Shown here piece after piece: positions 9,800 through 18,672 of a DNA stretch of 64,000 bases. The position numbers and the translations under genes are program-made. The notes under the pieces were generated by a model. It did not search any database and was not told the origin of the DNA. It saw only the letters and a list, made by a program, of their open reading frames with translations. Position 1 is the first letter of the stretch; each line of letters starts with the position of its first letter. Source of the stretch: Bacteroidaceae bacterium (GTDB taxonomy: Bacteria; Bacteroidota; Bacteroidia; Bacteroidales; Barnesiellaceae_A); the NCBI GenBank assembly GCA_017481745.1, contig JAFUOV010000011.1, positions 72,629 to 136,628 on the forward strand, in the 5' to 3' direction.

Positions 9800-9918
9800 T
9801 TACCCTATACCCCGCATTTGCTATTAGTACATTATGCTCCAATTGGGGCTGTGTGGAAAAATTTCTTTGTTGCTTGAAAATTCTGTTTTCTTTATTTGGT
9901 TTATAATATAAACTACTT

Positions 9919-9926
9919 TATATTTG
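9919..9926 (+). promoter_or_regulatory. -7 promoter box (TATATTTG)
   Basis: Matches TAnnTTTG and lies 26 nt upstream of ATG 9952. Confidence 0.55.
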
Positions 9927-9951
9927 CAGTGGAATTTAAAAACATATTATT

Positions 9952-11019
9952 ATGAAAAAGAAAATACTCATTTTTGTTGCTATCGTTGCCGTTGTTTTGT
10001 TGGTAGGTGTAGGTATGATTGGTTACGGATTGATGAATGATGCCCGTATTGCTGCGGCTTGTAGTGTAACCCGGCTGGATGATGGGTTGTATACCATGAC
10101 TTATAAAGGCGATTATGGCTTTGACGAATACTTGGCGCAGGGTGGTGCTGCAACCGATGCCGAGATGGCGCAATATATCGCAGCGTTCTTGATGAAGGGT
10201 TTTGGAGCTCCTGCTACACCCGACACTACCATGGAATATGGTTGCAGTTCGTTTGTCGTGCGCAATGAGCATGGAAATATCTTTGGCAGAAACTTCGACT
10301 TCGACTTTGGCGATGGTGCTTGCAAGGCAATGATTGTGAAAACATATCCCGACAATGGATATGCCTCTATATCGACTGCCTGCCTCAACTTTATCGGTTT
10401 GCCTGCCGATTGGGCTCCCGATGCCGATATGCAGTCGCGCATGAGTGCTCTTGCTGCTGTATATCTTCCCCTCGATGGTATGAACGAGATGGGATTGTAT
10501 GTGGCAGACTTGGTATCGGGTGATGCCGAGGAGACACACCAGTCGACTGCTAACCCCGACCTTACTATTACTGCAGCCATCCGTCTGTTGCTCGACAAGG
10601 CTGCTACGGTAAACGAGGCAGTAGAGTTGTTGGCTGCACATGATATGAATTCGTCGATTGGCACATCGCACCATTTTGCCATTGCCGACCGTTCCGGTGC
10701 ATCGGTAGTTGTCGAGTATATCGACGGTGAAATGTTTGTTACACCTACCGATGTTGTTACCAACCACTATCTCACACCGGGCAAGAAAGAGGGCGTAGGC
10801 AACGAATTGTCGCTGCAACGCCATGCTGCCATTGCACACAAGTGCTCTATGCATCCTTCTATGAGTATAACTTCTGCCATGAATGTTCTCAAGGAGGCTT
10901 CTTATCCCGAGTATACACAGTGGAGTATTGTATATGCCACCGATGCCTGCGAGGCGCGCTATATATGGCGAGCAAATTTCGATGCGAAAGAACGTATTTT
11001 TACAATTAACGACCTATAA
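9952..11019 (+). CDS. Membrane-anchored Ntn-hydrolase superfamily protein (choloylglycine hydrolase / C45 acyltransferase-like)
   Basis: N-terminal TM anchor (ILIFVAIVAVVLLVGVGMIGYGL), then a roughly 70-aa pro-region. A Gly-Cys nucleophile context follows: YGCSSFVVRNEHGNIFGRNFDFDF. The Cys plus GRNxD pattern is typical of these self-processing amidases. The subfamily is not resolvable by eye. Confidence 0.55.
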   Translation: MKKKILIFVAIVAVVLLVGVGMIGYGLMNDARIAAACSVTRLDDGLYTMTYKGDYGFDEYLAQGGAATDAEMAQYIAAFLMKGFGAPATPDTTMEYGCSSFVVRNEHGNIFGRNFDFDFGDGACKAMIVKTYPDNGYASISTACLNFIGLPADWAPDADMQSRMSALAAVYLPLDGMNEMGLYVADLVSGDAEETHQSTANPDLTITAAIRLLLDKAATVNEAVELLAAHDMNSSIGTSHHFAIADRSGASVVVEYIDGEMFVTPTDVVTNHYLTPGKKEGVGNELSLQRHAAIAHKCSMHPSMSITSAMNVLKEASYPEYTQWSIVYATDACEARYIWRANFDAKERIFTINDL

Positions 11020-11028
11020 TTTATAAAT

Positions 11029-11622
11029 ATGGATAACAGAATACCCACTGCAACAGAGAGCCTTGAGTTGATAACCCGCATGATAGGGGAGACTCGTAAG
11101 CAAGTAGAGAAATCTTCCCACCGTCCATTCTTGGTGTGGGGTTACACAACGATTGTTGTAACATTGGCTGTGTGGTATGCTTATACGGCTACTCATAGCA
11201 ATGCTATCTTCTGGTTGTGGTTTGCCATACCGGTAGTTGGTTGGCTTGCAATGTGGCTTACGTGCAACAAAGAGAAACAGCAGGGATATGTGCGCACGCC
11301 TATCGACCGAGTGTTGTCGCATATATGGACTGTGTTGGGTGTAGCAGGATTGATTGTTACAATAGCATCGTTTATGCGTCCCATCCCGGTGCTGTTTATT
11401 ATTGTATTGCTTATGGGGTCGGGTAGCACCATATCGGGACTGATTTTGCGGTTGCAAGCCATTACCGTAGCGGGTTGTGCGGGCATAGTCTTTTCGTTGT
11501 TATTCCTGATAGTACAAGGTATTGACCAATGTCTTATCTTTGCAACCATATTCTTGGTGATGATGGTTATACCGGGACACATAATGCAATATCAACAGAG
11601 CAAAAACCAATCTCATGTTTAA
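11029..11622 (+). CDS. Polytopic membrane protein of unknown function
   Basis: 197 aa with about 5 hydrophobic helices. It overlaps the downstream regulator gene by 8 nt. Confidence 0.6.
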   Translation: MDNRIPTATESLELITRMIGETRKQVEKSSHRPFLVWGYTTIVVTLAVWYAYTATHSNAIFWLWFAIPVVGWLAMWLTCNKEKQQGYVRTPIDRVLSHIWTVLGVAGLIVTIASFMRPIPVLFIIVLLMGSGSTISGLILRLQAITVAGCAGIVFSLLFLIVQGIDQCLIFATIFLVMMVIPGHIMQYQQSKNQSHV

Positions 11623-11899
11623 GGCATTAGACCCACTTTTACACTCCGAATTGCGATTGGCTGTCATGTCGCTACTCATAGGCGTGGAGGAAGCCGATTT
11701 TGTCTTTCTTCGCAATAAGACCGGAGCTACAGCCGGCAACTTGAGTGTGCAGATAGACAAGTTGCAACGTGCCGGCTATATATCTATAAGCAAGGGGTTT
11801 AATGGCAAGATGCCGCGCACTACCTGTTGCATTACCGACGAGGGTCGTAGCGCCTTTGCAGCTTATGTAGAAGCCCTGCGCGGATATATCGGTAAATAA
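11615..11899 (+). CDS. Small winged-helix transcriptional regulator
   Basis: 94 aa. LHSELRLAVMSLLIGVEEADFVFLRNKTGATAGNLSVQIDKLQRAGYISISKGF has a wHTH pattern of the ArsR/PadR type. Confidence 0.6.
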   Translation: MFKALDPLLHSELRLAVMSLLIGVEEADFVFLRNKTGATAGNLSVQIDKLQRAGYISISKGFNGKMPRTTCCITDEGRSAFAAYVEALRGYIGK

Positions 11900-11957
11900 A
11901 AAGAGTTTATAAAACAAAAATCTCATATCTTGTGGCAATATTATCGGCAGAATGATG

Positions 11958-11965
11958 TACCTTTG
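11958..11965 (+). promoter_or_regulatory. -7 promoter box (TACCTTTG) for the hydrolase/murF-like/ddl operon
   Basis: Matches TAnnTTTG and lies 24 nt upstream of ATG 11989. It overlaps the GTG start used by the ORF track, which argues for the ATG start. Confidence 0.55.
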
Positions 11966-11988
11966 TGTGTCAAACAGAGGATAATAAT

Positions 11989-12765
11989 ATGCCGGCTCAC
12001 ATAACTCTCAAAGGCACGCAGGTGCAATACAAAGTAGGTGGCGAAGGTCGCCCGGTCATCCTATTACATGGATGGGGTTGTAACATTGCCACAATGGCAT
12101 CCATCGAAAATATACTGCTTCCACACTTCAAGGTCTACACACTCGATTTTCCCGGATTTGGCGGTAGCGAAGTCCCCTCGGAGGTGTGGGGTGTTGAGGA
12201 GTATACACGGATGCTCGAACAGTTTGTGTCGGAGTTGCACATCGAGCGCCCCATACTTATAGGGCACTCGTTTGGTGGTCGTGTCTCTATCCTCTACGGC
12301 TCGCGCAACGATGTGCATAAGATAGTTCTTGTTGATGCCGCCGGAGCTAAGCCTCGTCGTCCGCTGAAATACTACGTAAAAGTATATTCTTATAAGTTGT
12401 ATAAGCAATTTTTGTATTGCACCATGGGTCGAGAGCGTGCCGAGGAGAAGTTGGAACAACGCCGTCGCACAGCCGGTTCGGCAGATTATAACGCCTTGAA
12501 CGGTATGATGCGCCGCATCTTTGTAAAGGTGGTTAATGAATACCTTGAGCCGGTAATGCCCCTTATCAAGTGCCCGGTACAACTCATTTGGGGCGCGAAA
12601 GACCAAGATACCAAGTTGCGCGAGGCAAAAGTTATGCTCAAACGCATACCGCAAGCCCGACTGGATGTGATAGCCGATGCCGGACACTACTCGTTCCTCG
12701 ACAATCCGTTCCGTTTTCGCGCTCTGCTCACAGCGTTCTTGAAAGAAGATATTTATGGCAAATAA
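11989..12765 (+). CDS. Alpha/beta-fold hydrolase
   Basis: Oxyanion-region HGWG, the nucleophile elbow GHSFGG, and a C-terminal DAGH (catalytic His context). 258 aa. Confidence 0.75.
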   Translation: MPAHITLKGTQVQYKVGGEGRPVILLHGWGCNIATMASIENILLPHFKVYTLDFPGFGGSEVPSEVWGVEEYTRMLEQFVSELHIERPILIGHSFGGRVSILYGSRNDVHKIVLVDAAGAKPRRPLKYYVKVYSYKLYKQFLYCTMGRERAEEKLEQRRRTAGSADYNALNGMMRRIFVKVVNEYLEPVMPLIKCPVQLIWGAKDQDTKLREAKVMLKRIPQARLDVIADAGHYSFLDNPFRFRALLTAFLKEDIYGK

Positions 12766-12777
12766 AAAGATATAGAG

Positions 12778-14349
12778 ATGATAACAACCATTACACAAAT
12801 AACACTTCTCGTGTCGCTCCTGCTGTATGTAGGTGTGGTACTGAAGTATGAGTTGCAGATGATGCAGCAAAACACCTATCGCAACAATCGCTATTGGAAG
12901 TGGTTTACGAGCAGTGGCACCTCGTCATCGCCTCGTCGCCTCACACTATACTTCTTGTTGCTCATCTCTTGCACACGCTTTACTCCCGAGATTATACATC
13001 CTTTCATTGCACTTGTGTTGGTAATCTTTGCCGTACGCGAGTTGCGTATGAAGTATAAAAAGCCTGTCGTGTTTACCCAACGCGCCACTCGATTATATGT
13101 TGCTTCGTGGGTGGTAGTGTTGCTGTGTGTGGCAGTAACAGCCATAGTGACACAATTAAGCCTACATTGTATGCTGATAACATTGCTTGGTACAGCAGCA
13201 TTCTCTTGGGTGGTTATCATGGTGGCAAACCTCTTGATGCATCCCGTAGAGTTGCAGATAAACAAAAAATTCTATAACGAGGCAAAGAAGATACTTGCCG
13301 AAATGCCACATTTGCGCATTATAGGTGTTACGGGTAGCTATGGCAAGACCAGCACCAAGCATTATTTATATCGCATCCTTTGCGAGAAATATAATGTGAT
13401 AATGACTCCGGGCAGCTTCAACACTCCTATGGGTGTTATACGCACAGTGCGCGAAATGATGAAGCCTTATCACGAAATCTTCATCGTGGAGATGGGTGCC
13501 AAGCAGTTGGGTGATATCAAAGAGATATGCGACCTTGTTTGTCCCACTATTGGTATAGTAACAGCTGTCGGCGAGCAACACTTAGAGTCGTTCAAGTCGA
13601 TAGAGAATGTGCAACGTACTAAGTTTGAACTTATAGATGCCTTGCCCGCCGATGGATTGGGTGTTGTAAACAACGACTTTGAATACATTGCCAATCGCGA
13701 GGTGAAGAATGTTGCCGTAAAACGCTACTCGCTCAATGCCGGCGTAGATTACCATATAGAAGATATTGAATATGGCGAGGTGGAAACGCGCTTTACCGTA
13801 GTAGGCGACGGGCACCGCATAGAGCTTGCCACCAAGCTCGTGGGTGAATGTAACTTGTCGAACCTTATGGCTGCGGTTATCGTAGCACTTTATTTGGATG
13901 TGCCCGAGAAGTCCATCAAATATGGCGTGAGCCAGATAGAACAGGTAGAGCACCGATTGAATATGAAACGTACCCCCGGTGGGTTGTCGATTATCGACGA
14001 TGCCTTCAATTCAAACCCCGACGGTGCACGCATGGCTTTAGACGTACTTGCCCGCATCAAAACAGGCAAGCGCATCGTTATTACTCCCGGTATGATAGAG
14101 CTCGGCGACAAGCAGGTAGAATACAACCAACGCTTTGGTCGTCAGATGGCAGAGGCAGCCGACTATGTAATGGTAGTGGGTAGTTACAACCGCGATGCTA
14201 TCTTGGCAGGACTTGCCGAGGGCGAAATGCCCGAAGAGAACATCTTCTTGGCAGATAGCTTCTTGATAGCACAAGCCCGACTGGTACAAATAGCCCGCGC
14301 CGGCGATGTGGTATTGTACGAAAACGACCTCCCCGATACCTTCAAGTAA
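12778..14349 (+). CDS. Mur ligase family protein, MurF-like (D-Ala-D-Ala-adding type), with an N-terminal polytopic membrane domain
   Basis: Residues 1-165 contain about 5 hydrophobic helices. These are followed by the P-loop IIGVTGSYGKTSTK, then DAFNSNP and PGMIELG (compare the MurF motifs DAYNANP and GDMxELG). Confidence 0.7.
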   Translation: MITTITQITLLVSLLLYVGVVLKYELQMMQQNTYRNNRYWKWFTSSGTSSSPRRLTLYFLLLISCTRFTPEIIHPFIALVLVIFAVRELRMKYKKPVVFTQRATRLYVASWVVVLLCVAVTAIVTQLSLHCMLITLLGTAAFSWVVIMVANLLMHPVELQINKKFYNEAKKILAEMPHLRIIGVTGSYGKTSTKHYLYRILCEKYNVIMTPGSFNTPMGVIRTVREMMKPYHEIFIVEMGAKQLGDIKEICDLVCPTIGIVTAVGEQHLESFKSIENVQRTKFELIDALPADGLGVVNNDFEYIANREVKNVAVKRYSLNAGVDYHIEDIEYGEVETRFTVVGDGHRIELATKLVGECNLSNLMAAVIVALYLDVPEKSIKYGVSQIEQVEHRLNMKRTPGGLSIIDDAFNSNPDGARMALDVLARIKTGKRIVITPGMIELGDKQVEYNQRFGRQMAEAADYVMVVGSYNRDAILAGLAEGEMPEENIFLADSFLIAQARLVQIARAGDVVLYENDLPDTFK

Positions 14350-14396
14350 TAGCGGGTCGGAGGCAAACAACAGCAAACAACAAAAACAAAATAAGG

Positions 14397-15590
14397 ATGA
14401 AAACAACAGTAGGTGTATTTTTTGGAGGACGCTCGGTAGAACATGAAATATCGGTACTCACTGCGCTCCAAGCTATGTATGCATTTGACAGTACAAAATA
14501 CGACATTGTACCCATTTATATCTCGAAAGAGGGTCGTTGGTATAGTGGCGAGGCACTGATGTCGGTGTCCAATTTCAAAGATATGAATGCCCTCAAGGCA
14601 CAATGCGAAGAGGTGTATATGAACCCCGAATTTGGCGATTACAACCTCTATCGTCGCAAAAAGAAACTCTTCGGTTCGCCTATTGTTACAACACTCGATG
14701 TTGTTGTTCCTGCACTGCACGGAACAAATGGTGAGGACGGCGTATTTCAAGGTCTTTTAGAGACCATCGGTATACCCTTTGCCGGCTGTAACACACTCTC
14801 GGCAGCCATTGGAATGGATAAAATTGTCATGAAAATGGTCTTGGAACATTGCAATATACCCATTGTCGACTATGTGTGGTTTACCGACAAACAATGGTTT
14901 GCCGATCGCGACCGTTGGGCAGACGAGGTAGAACAGCAGATAGGCTACCCTGTAATTGTGAAACCTGCCAACTTGGGCTCAAGTGTAGGTATTTCTCGTG
15001 CCGACAATCGTGCCGAGTTGATAACAAAGGTAGACGAGGCAAGCCGCTATTCGACACGTTTGGTTATCGAAGACCTTGTTGAAAATCTCAAAGAAATCAA
15101 CTGCTCGGTATTGGGCGACTGCGACGATTATATGGCTTCGGTGTGCGAAGAGCCTATCAAGAGCGGTAAAATACTCTCATACGAAGACAAGTATATGGGT
15201 GGTAGCCAAGGCGAGAGCGGTATGCAAGCAAGCGAAAAGCGTATTCCTGCCGACTTGACCCCCGAGCAAACTGCTCGTGTGCAATTCTTGGCAGGCGAAA
15301 CATTCCGTGTTTTGTCGTGTCATGGTGTAGCTCGTGTCGACGTGATGATTGACGACAATACCGGCGATATATATGTCAACGAAATCAATGCCATCCCCGG
15401 CTCTCTGTCGTTCTATCTGTGGGAAGCTACTAAAGTGCCCTTCGATGAGTTGATGGACCGTTTGGTGAAACTTGCCCTCAAACGCAAGCGTGAGGCTGCA
15501 AACAAGACGGTAAGCTATTCGCAAAACATCTTTGCCCTCGGTGGTGGTGTCAAAGGTACAAAAGGCGCTAAAGGTGCCAAGATGAAGTAG
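14397..15590 (+). CDS. ddl: D-alanine--D-alanine ligase, long (DdlA/Firmicute-like) form
   Basis: N-terminus VGVFFGGRSVEHEISVLTALQAM. The ATP-grasp core has GYPVIVKPANLGSSVGIS and the C-terminal motif EINAIPG. At 397 aa it is longer than typical Ddl, and it carries a Gly/Lys-rich tail (GGGVKGTKGAKGAKMK). Confidence 0.8.
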   Translation: MKTTVGVFFGGRSVEHEISVLTALQAMYAFDSTKYDIVPIYISKEGRWYSGEALMSVSNFKDMNALKAQCEEVYMNPEFGDYNLYRRKKKLFGSPIVTTLDVVVPALHGTNGEDGVFQGLLETIGIPFAGCNTLSAAIGMDKIVMKMVLEHCNIPIVDYVWFTDKQWFADRDRWADEVEQQIGYPVIVKPANLGSSVGISRADNRAELITKVDEASRYSTRLVIEDLVENLKEINCSVLGDCDDYMASVCEEPIKSGKILSYEDKYMGGSQGESGMQASEKRIPADLTPEQTARVQFLAGETFRVLSCHGVARVDVMIDDNTGDIYVNEINAIPGSLSFYLWEATKVPFDELMDRLVKLALKRKREAANKTVSYSQNIFALGGGVKGTKGAKGAKMK

Positions 15591-15634
15591 CGACATTTGT
15601 TGAGTATCTACTCTACAAGATTTCAATATATAGA

Positions 15635-15676
15635 CAGCCCCAATATTTCGATGTGAAAATTGGGGCTGCTTTTTTA
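15635..15676. terminator. Hairpin terminator between convergent ddl and gadB
   Basis: Stem CAGCCCCAAT/ATTGGGGCTG followed by CTTTTTTA on the + strand. Confidence 0.7.
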
Positions 15677-15712
15677 TGCCTGCAAAGTGTCTATAATTAC
15701 GGCATATCTACA

Positions 15713-17158
15713 CTATTTCTTCTTCCTATGGCAGCCGGTGTGCGTGAAGATAGAGCCGTGCACCTTCTCGTTGCGGTCGTGAGCGATGCGCGAGGGGGTG
15801 GGATATTCGAGTTTCTCGAGCTCGGCAATGGCTGCGCGCATATCGTCGAGTAGCATATCTGCCATATCGCGGCTGAAGCCTTGTCGCACGACAATGCGCA
15901 TCACTACGCTATCCTCTATATTCTTGGGCATAGTGTATGCAGGTACCATCCATCCACTCTGTTTCAGCTTGTCTTGTAGGTCGTAGAGTGTCCACTCGGC
16001 AGCCTTGGCATATTCGGGACGCATGTACCAGATGAAGAGTGGGTTGACAACATCCTTGCAGTAGTTGGCAAATTGCGGCATTTTGCCTATCTCGTCGTGC
16101 AGGTATCGGGCTATCTCCATAGAGTTGTGCTGTACTTGCTTGTACCCCTCAAATCCGAGGCGGATAAATTGGTAGTACTGACCCAATATCTGAGCTGCGG
16201 GACGTGAGAAGTTAAGACCCACTTGTGTAATGTCGGCACCCAGATAGTTGACCGAGAACGACATCTTGCCCGGCAGATACTTCTTGTCTTTCCATACGAC
16301 CCAGCCAAGACCGGGATATACCAATCCGTATTTGTGTCCCGAGGTGCTGATAGATAACACCCACTTGAGACGGAAGTCCCAACGTTTCTCGGGGTAGAGG
16401 AAGGGCAATATAAAGCCACCCGAGGCGGCATCGACATGGATGGGTATATCATGCCCCGTGCGCGCATTATATGCATCCAATGCTGCATCAAGAGCCTCAA
16501 CGTCATCGTTGAGTCCCGTCCATGTAACACCTTGTATAGGTACAACACAGATTGTATTTTCGTCGCACATGTCTATAACCGCTTGAGGGTCGAGTGTTGT
16601 CTTCTCGAGTGTGAGAGGTACGGTGCGCATCTCGATTTGCCACAGGTCGGCAAACTTTTCCCACACCACTTGGTAGCCGGTAGAGATGATAAAGTTGGGC
16701 TTGTCGGTGGGCTTGCCTTGAGCCTCGCGACGCTCTTTCCAACGCAGCCATGCAGCAACACCTCCCAGCATGCAAGCCTCGGACGAACCTATTGCCAATG
16801 CGCCGGTTTTCCATTTTGATTGTTCGGGCGAGTTCCACAAGTTTGCCATGATATTGATACACTTGGCACTCATCACAGCCACGCGAGGATACTCAGTTTC
16901 GTCAATATAGTTGATGCTGATAGCCTCGTTCATAAGTCGTGTGGCAAAGGGGTCCATGTACGTAGTAACAAACGTAGCGAGGTTGAGGCGGGGTTGAGTT
17001 TGAGCAAAAGTCTCGTCTTTGACCATTTGGTAGGCAATTTCGGGACGGGTTCCGTGCTGAGGTATTACGTCGGTAGGAGCGGGTTGTAACATCTCTTCCG
17101 AGCCAAATACAGCTGTATTGTCGTGCTCGTTTCTGTAATCAGATTTTTCCATAATCAT
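15713..17158 (-). CDS. gadB: Glutamate decarboxylase (PLP-dependent)
   Basis: 481 aa. Contains SISTSGHKYGLVYPGLGWVVW (PLP-lysine context) and IHVDAASGGF. Collinear GAD-type similarity runs from the N-terminus. Confidence 0.9.
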   Translation of the reverse strand: MIMEKSDYRNEHDNTAVFGSEEMLQPAPTDVIPQHGTRPEIAYQMVKDETFAQTQPRLNLATFVTTYMDPFATRLMNEAISINYIDETEYPRVAVMSAKCINIMANLWNSPEQSKWKTGALAIGSSEACMLGGVAAWLRWKERREAQGKPTDKPNFIISTGYQVVWEKFADLWQIEMRTVPLTLEKTTLDPQAVIDMCDENTICVVPIQGVTWTGLNDDVEALDAALDAYNARTGHDIPIHVDAASGGFILPFLYPEKRWDFRLKWVLSISTSGHKYGLVYPGLGWVVWKDKKYLPGKMSFSVNYLGADITQVGLNFSRPAAQILGQYYQFIRLGFEGYKQVQHNSMEIARYLHDEIGKMPQFANYCKDVVNPLFIWYMRPEYAKAAEWTLYDLQDKLKQSGWMVPAYTMPKNIEDSVVMRIVVRQGFSRDMADMLLDDMRAAIAELEKLEYPTPSRIAHDRNEKVHGSIFTHTGCHRKKK

Positions 17159-17274
17159 AAGGATTGTTTTATAAATAATAAGGTACGAAAAGTCAACAAA
17201 AGATAGGCGGTAAAGGTTGGCTGTGGTACGCTATATTAGCGAATTTTGCATTTATTGAACATTTGGGCACAATA

Positions 17275-18564
17275 CTAAAAGTTGTATTGTATCATGGCGT
17301 TGATGCGGTGTGCATCGCCTGCAACGTCGTTGTAGTTGCGACGATTTCCGTAGAGGTATTCTATTCCTATCTGACAGTTGTTGAAAGGCGAATAGAAGGC
17401 GTTGGCAACAACATATTGTCCGTTGCGATAGGCGGTGGCTGCCAGCGATGGCTTGTCGAATAGGCGGCATTGGCTATATGCTGCCGAAACAAACAATCGG
17501 GGTATAATAGTGTATTGTATTCCTCCTACCACTCCCATGGCGTATGGTGCTATCATGCTGCCGTTGTGCTCGCCCGGGATGAGGTCGAAGCCATTACCGC
17601 CCAAGTCGTTGAGGTATGTAGTGTACCCACGCCCATATGAACCCTGAAAGTAGAATGTAATGTGCGACGATGCTTTGATAACACCACTCAACTGCGTAGC
17701 CCAACCGATGACAAACTTGTTCTTGTCGGCGACCAAATTGCGATATGATAGTGCTCGGAAGAGGTTTGACAATCGTATATGACTACTGCCTTCGTTCCAT
17801 TCATATTGCACATACGACGGTACGTCGGGGATGCGCTGGTTGATATAACTATTGTATTGCCTGTCGGTTGTGTAGGTGGCTGTAGCTGCCTCTACTGCCA
17901 TTGCCATGCTCCAATGATTGCCCAAGGGCTGCACATACTGCAACATCGTATTCATTGAAATGGTAACGCCCGAAGGTCCTTGAAAGTCGATTGTTGGCGG
18001 AATGGCTGCCACATCGGTAAATGTACTCCAAGCTCTACCAATGCGCAGTCGCCACAACTGAATGTATGCCTTGCGCAGTCGCATACCGTAGTATCCTGCT
18101 GCTGTTCCACGAAAATCGCCCTCTATATAGACCGAGAAATCGCCGATGGCAGTGTTTCGCCCTACCAATTTAAAGAAAATGCGCGAGGTTGAGGCATCCA
18201 TTTGGAATTGGCTGCGCATGTCGGGCTGCTCGGGTGTGGGTATATTATAGGTTACAAAATCGGGGCTGTTGGAGATGCCGTCCATATCGACCGACATTGT
18301 ACCCTTGACATAGCCACCAATACCCAGCGCTACACGCCCTTTGCGGTCGAGGAAGAGGAAACGTGGTGCGCGTGGATCTTGAAAGTGCAATCCGTTTGCC
18401 TCGTACATCGCCTTCATAACCTCGTAAGAGTTGTTTTTTACCTCTTCATTCTCATTGCTTACAACTACTGCTGTGGGCGTAAAGATAGAGTCTACAACGG
18501 CTGCCATAGCCGTTGTGCAACCTACCACTGCCAACGTTGCAGCGATTAAAATAGTTTTTTTCAT
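17275..18564 (-). CDS. Outer-membrane beta-barrel porin (DcaP-like)
   Basis: Signal or lipoprotein-type N-terminus MKKTILIAATLAVVGCTTAMA. It has an alternating amphipathic strand pattern and an aromatic C-terminal residue (...INAMIQYNF). The motif RKAYIQLWRLRIGRAWSTFTD...IDFQGPSG resembles DcaP-type porins. Confidence 0.6.
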   Translation of the reverse strand: MKKTILIAATLAVVGCTTAMAAVVDSIFTPTAVVVSNENEEVKNNSYEVMKAMYEANGLHFQDPRAPRFLFLDRKGRVALGIGGYVKGTMSVDMDGISNSPDFVTYNIPTPEQPDMRSQFQMDASTSRIFFKLVGRNTAIGDFSVYIEGDFRGTAAGYYGMRLRKAYIQLWRLRIGRAWSTFTDVAAIPPTIDFQGPSGVTISMNTMLQYVQPLGNHWSMAMAVEAATATYTTDRQYNSYINQRIPDVPSYVQYEWNEGSSHIRLSNLFRALSYRNLVADKNKFVIGWATQLSGVIKASSHITFYFQGSYGRGYTTYLNDLGGNGFDLIPGEHNGSMIAPYAMGVVGGIQYTIIPRLFVSAAYSQCRLFDKPSLAATAYRNGQYVVANAFYSPFNNCQIGIEYLYGNRRNYNDVAGDAHRINAMIQYNF

Positions 18565-18672
18565 ACAAGTCGTTTTTGGTTTTATGCAAGAACAATACAG
18601 CTTGTACTAAAGTTTACAGCAAACCTTCGCGACGGCGTGGTTGTTATAGCCTACGAACCAAAAAATAGTATT

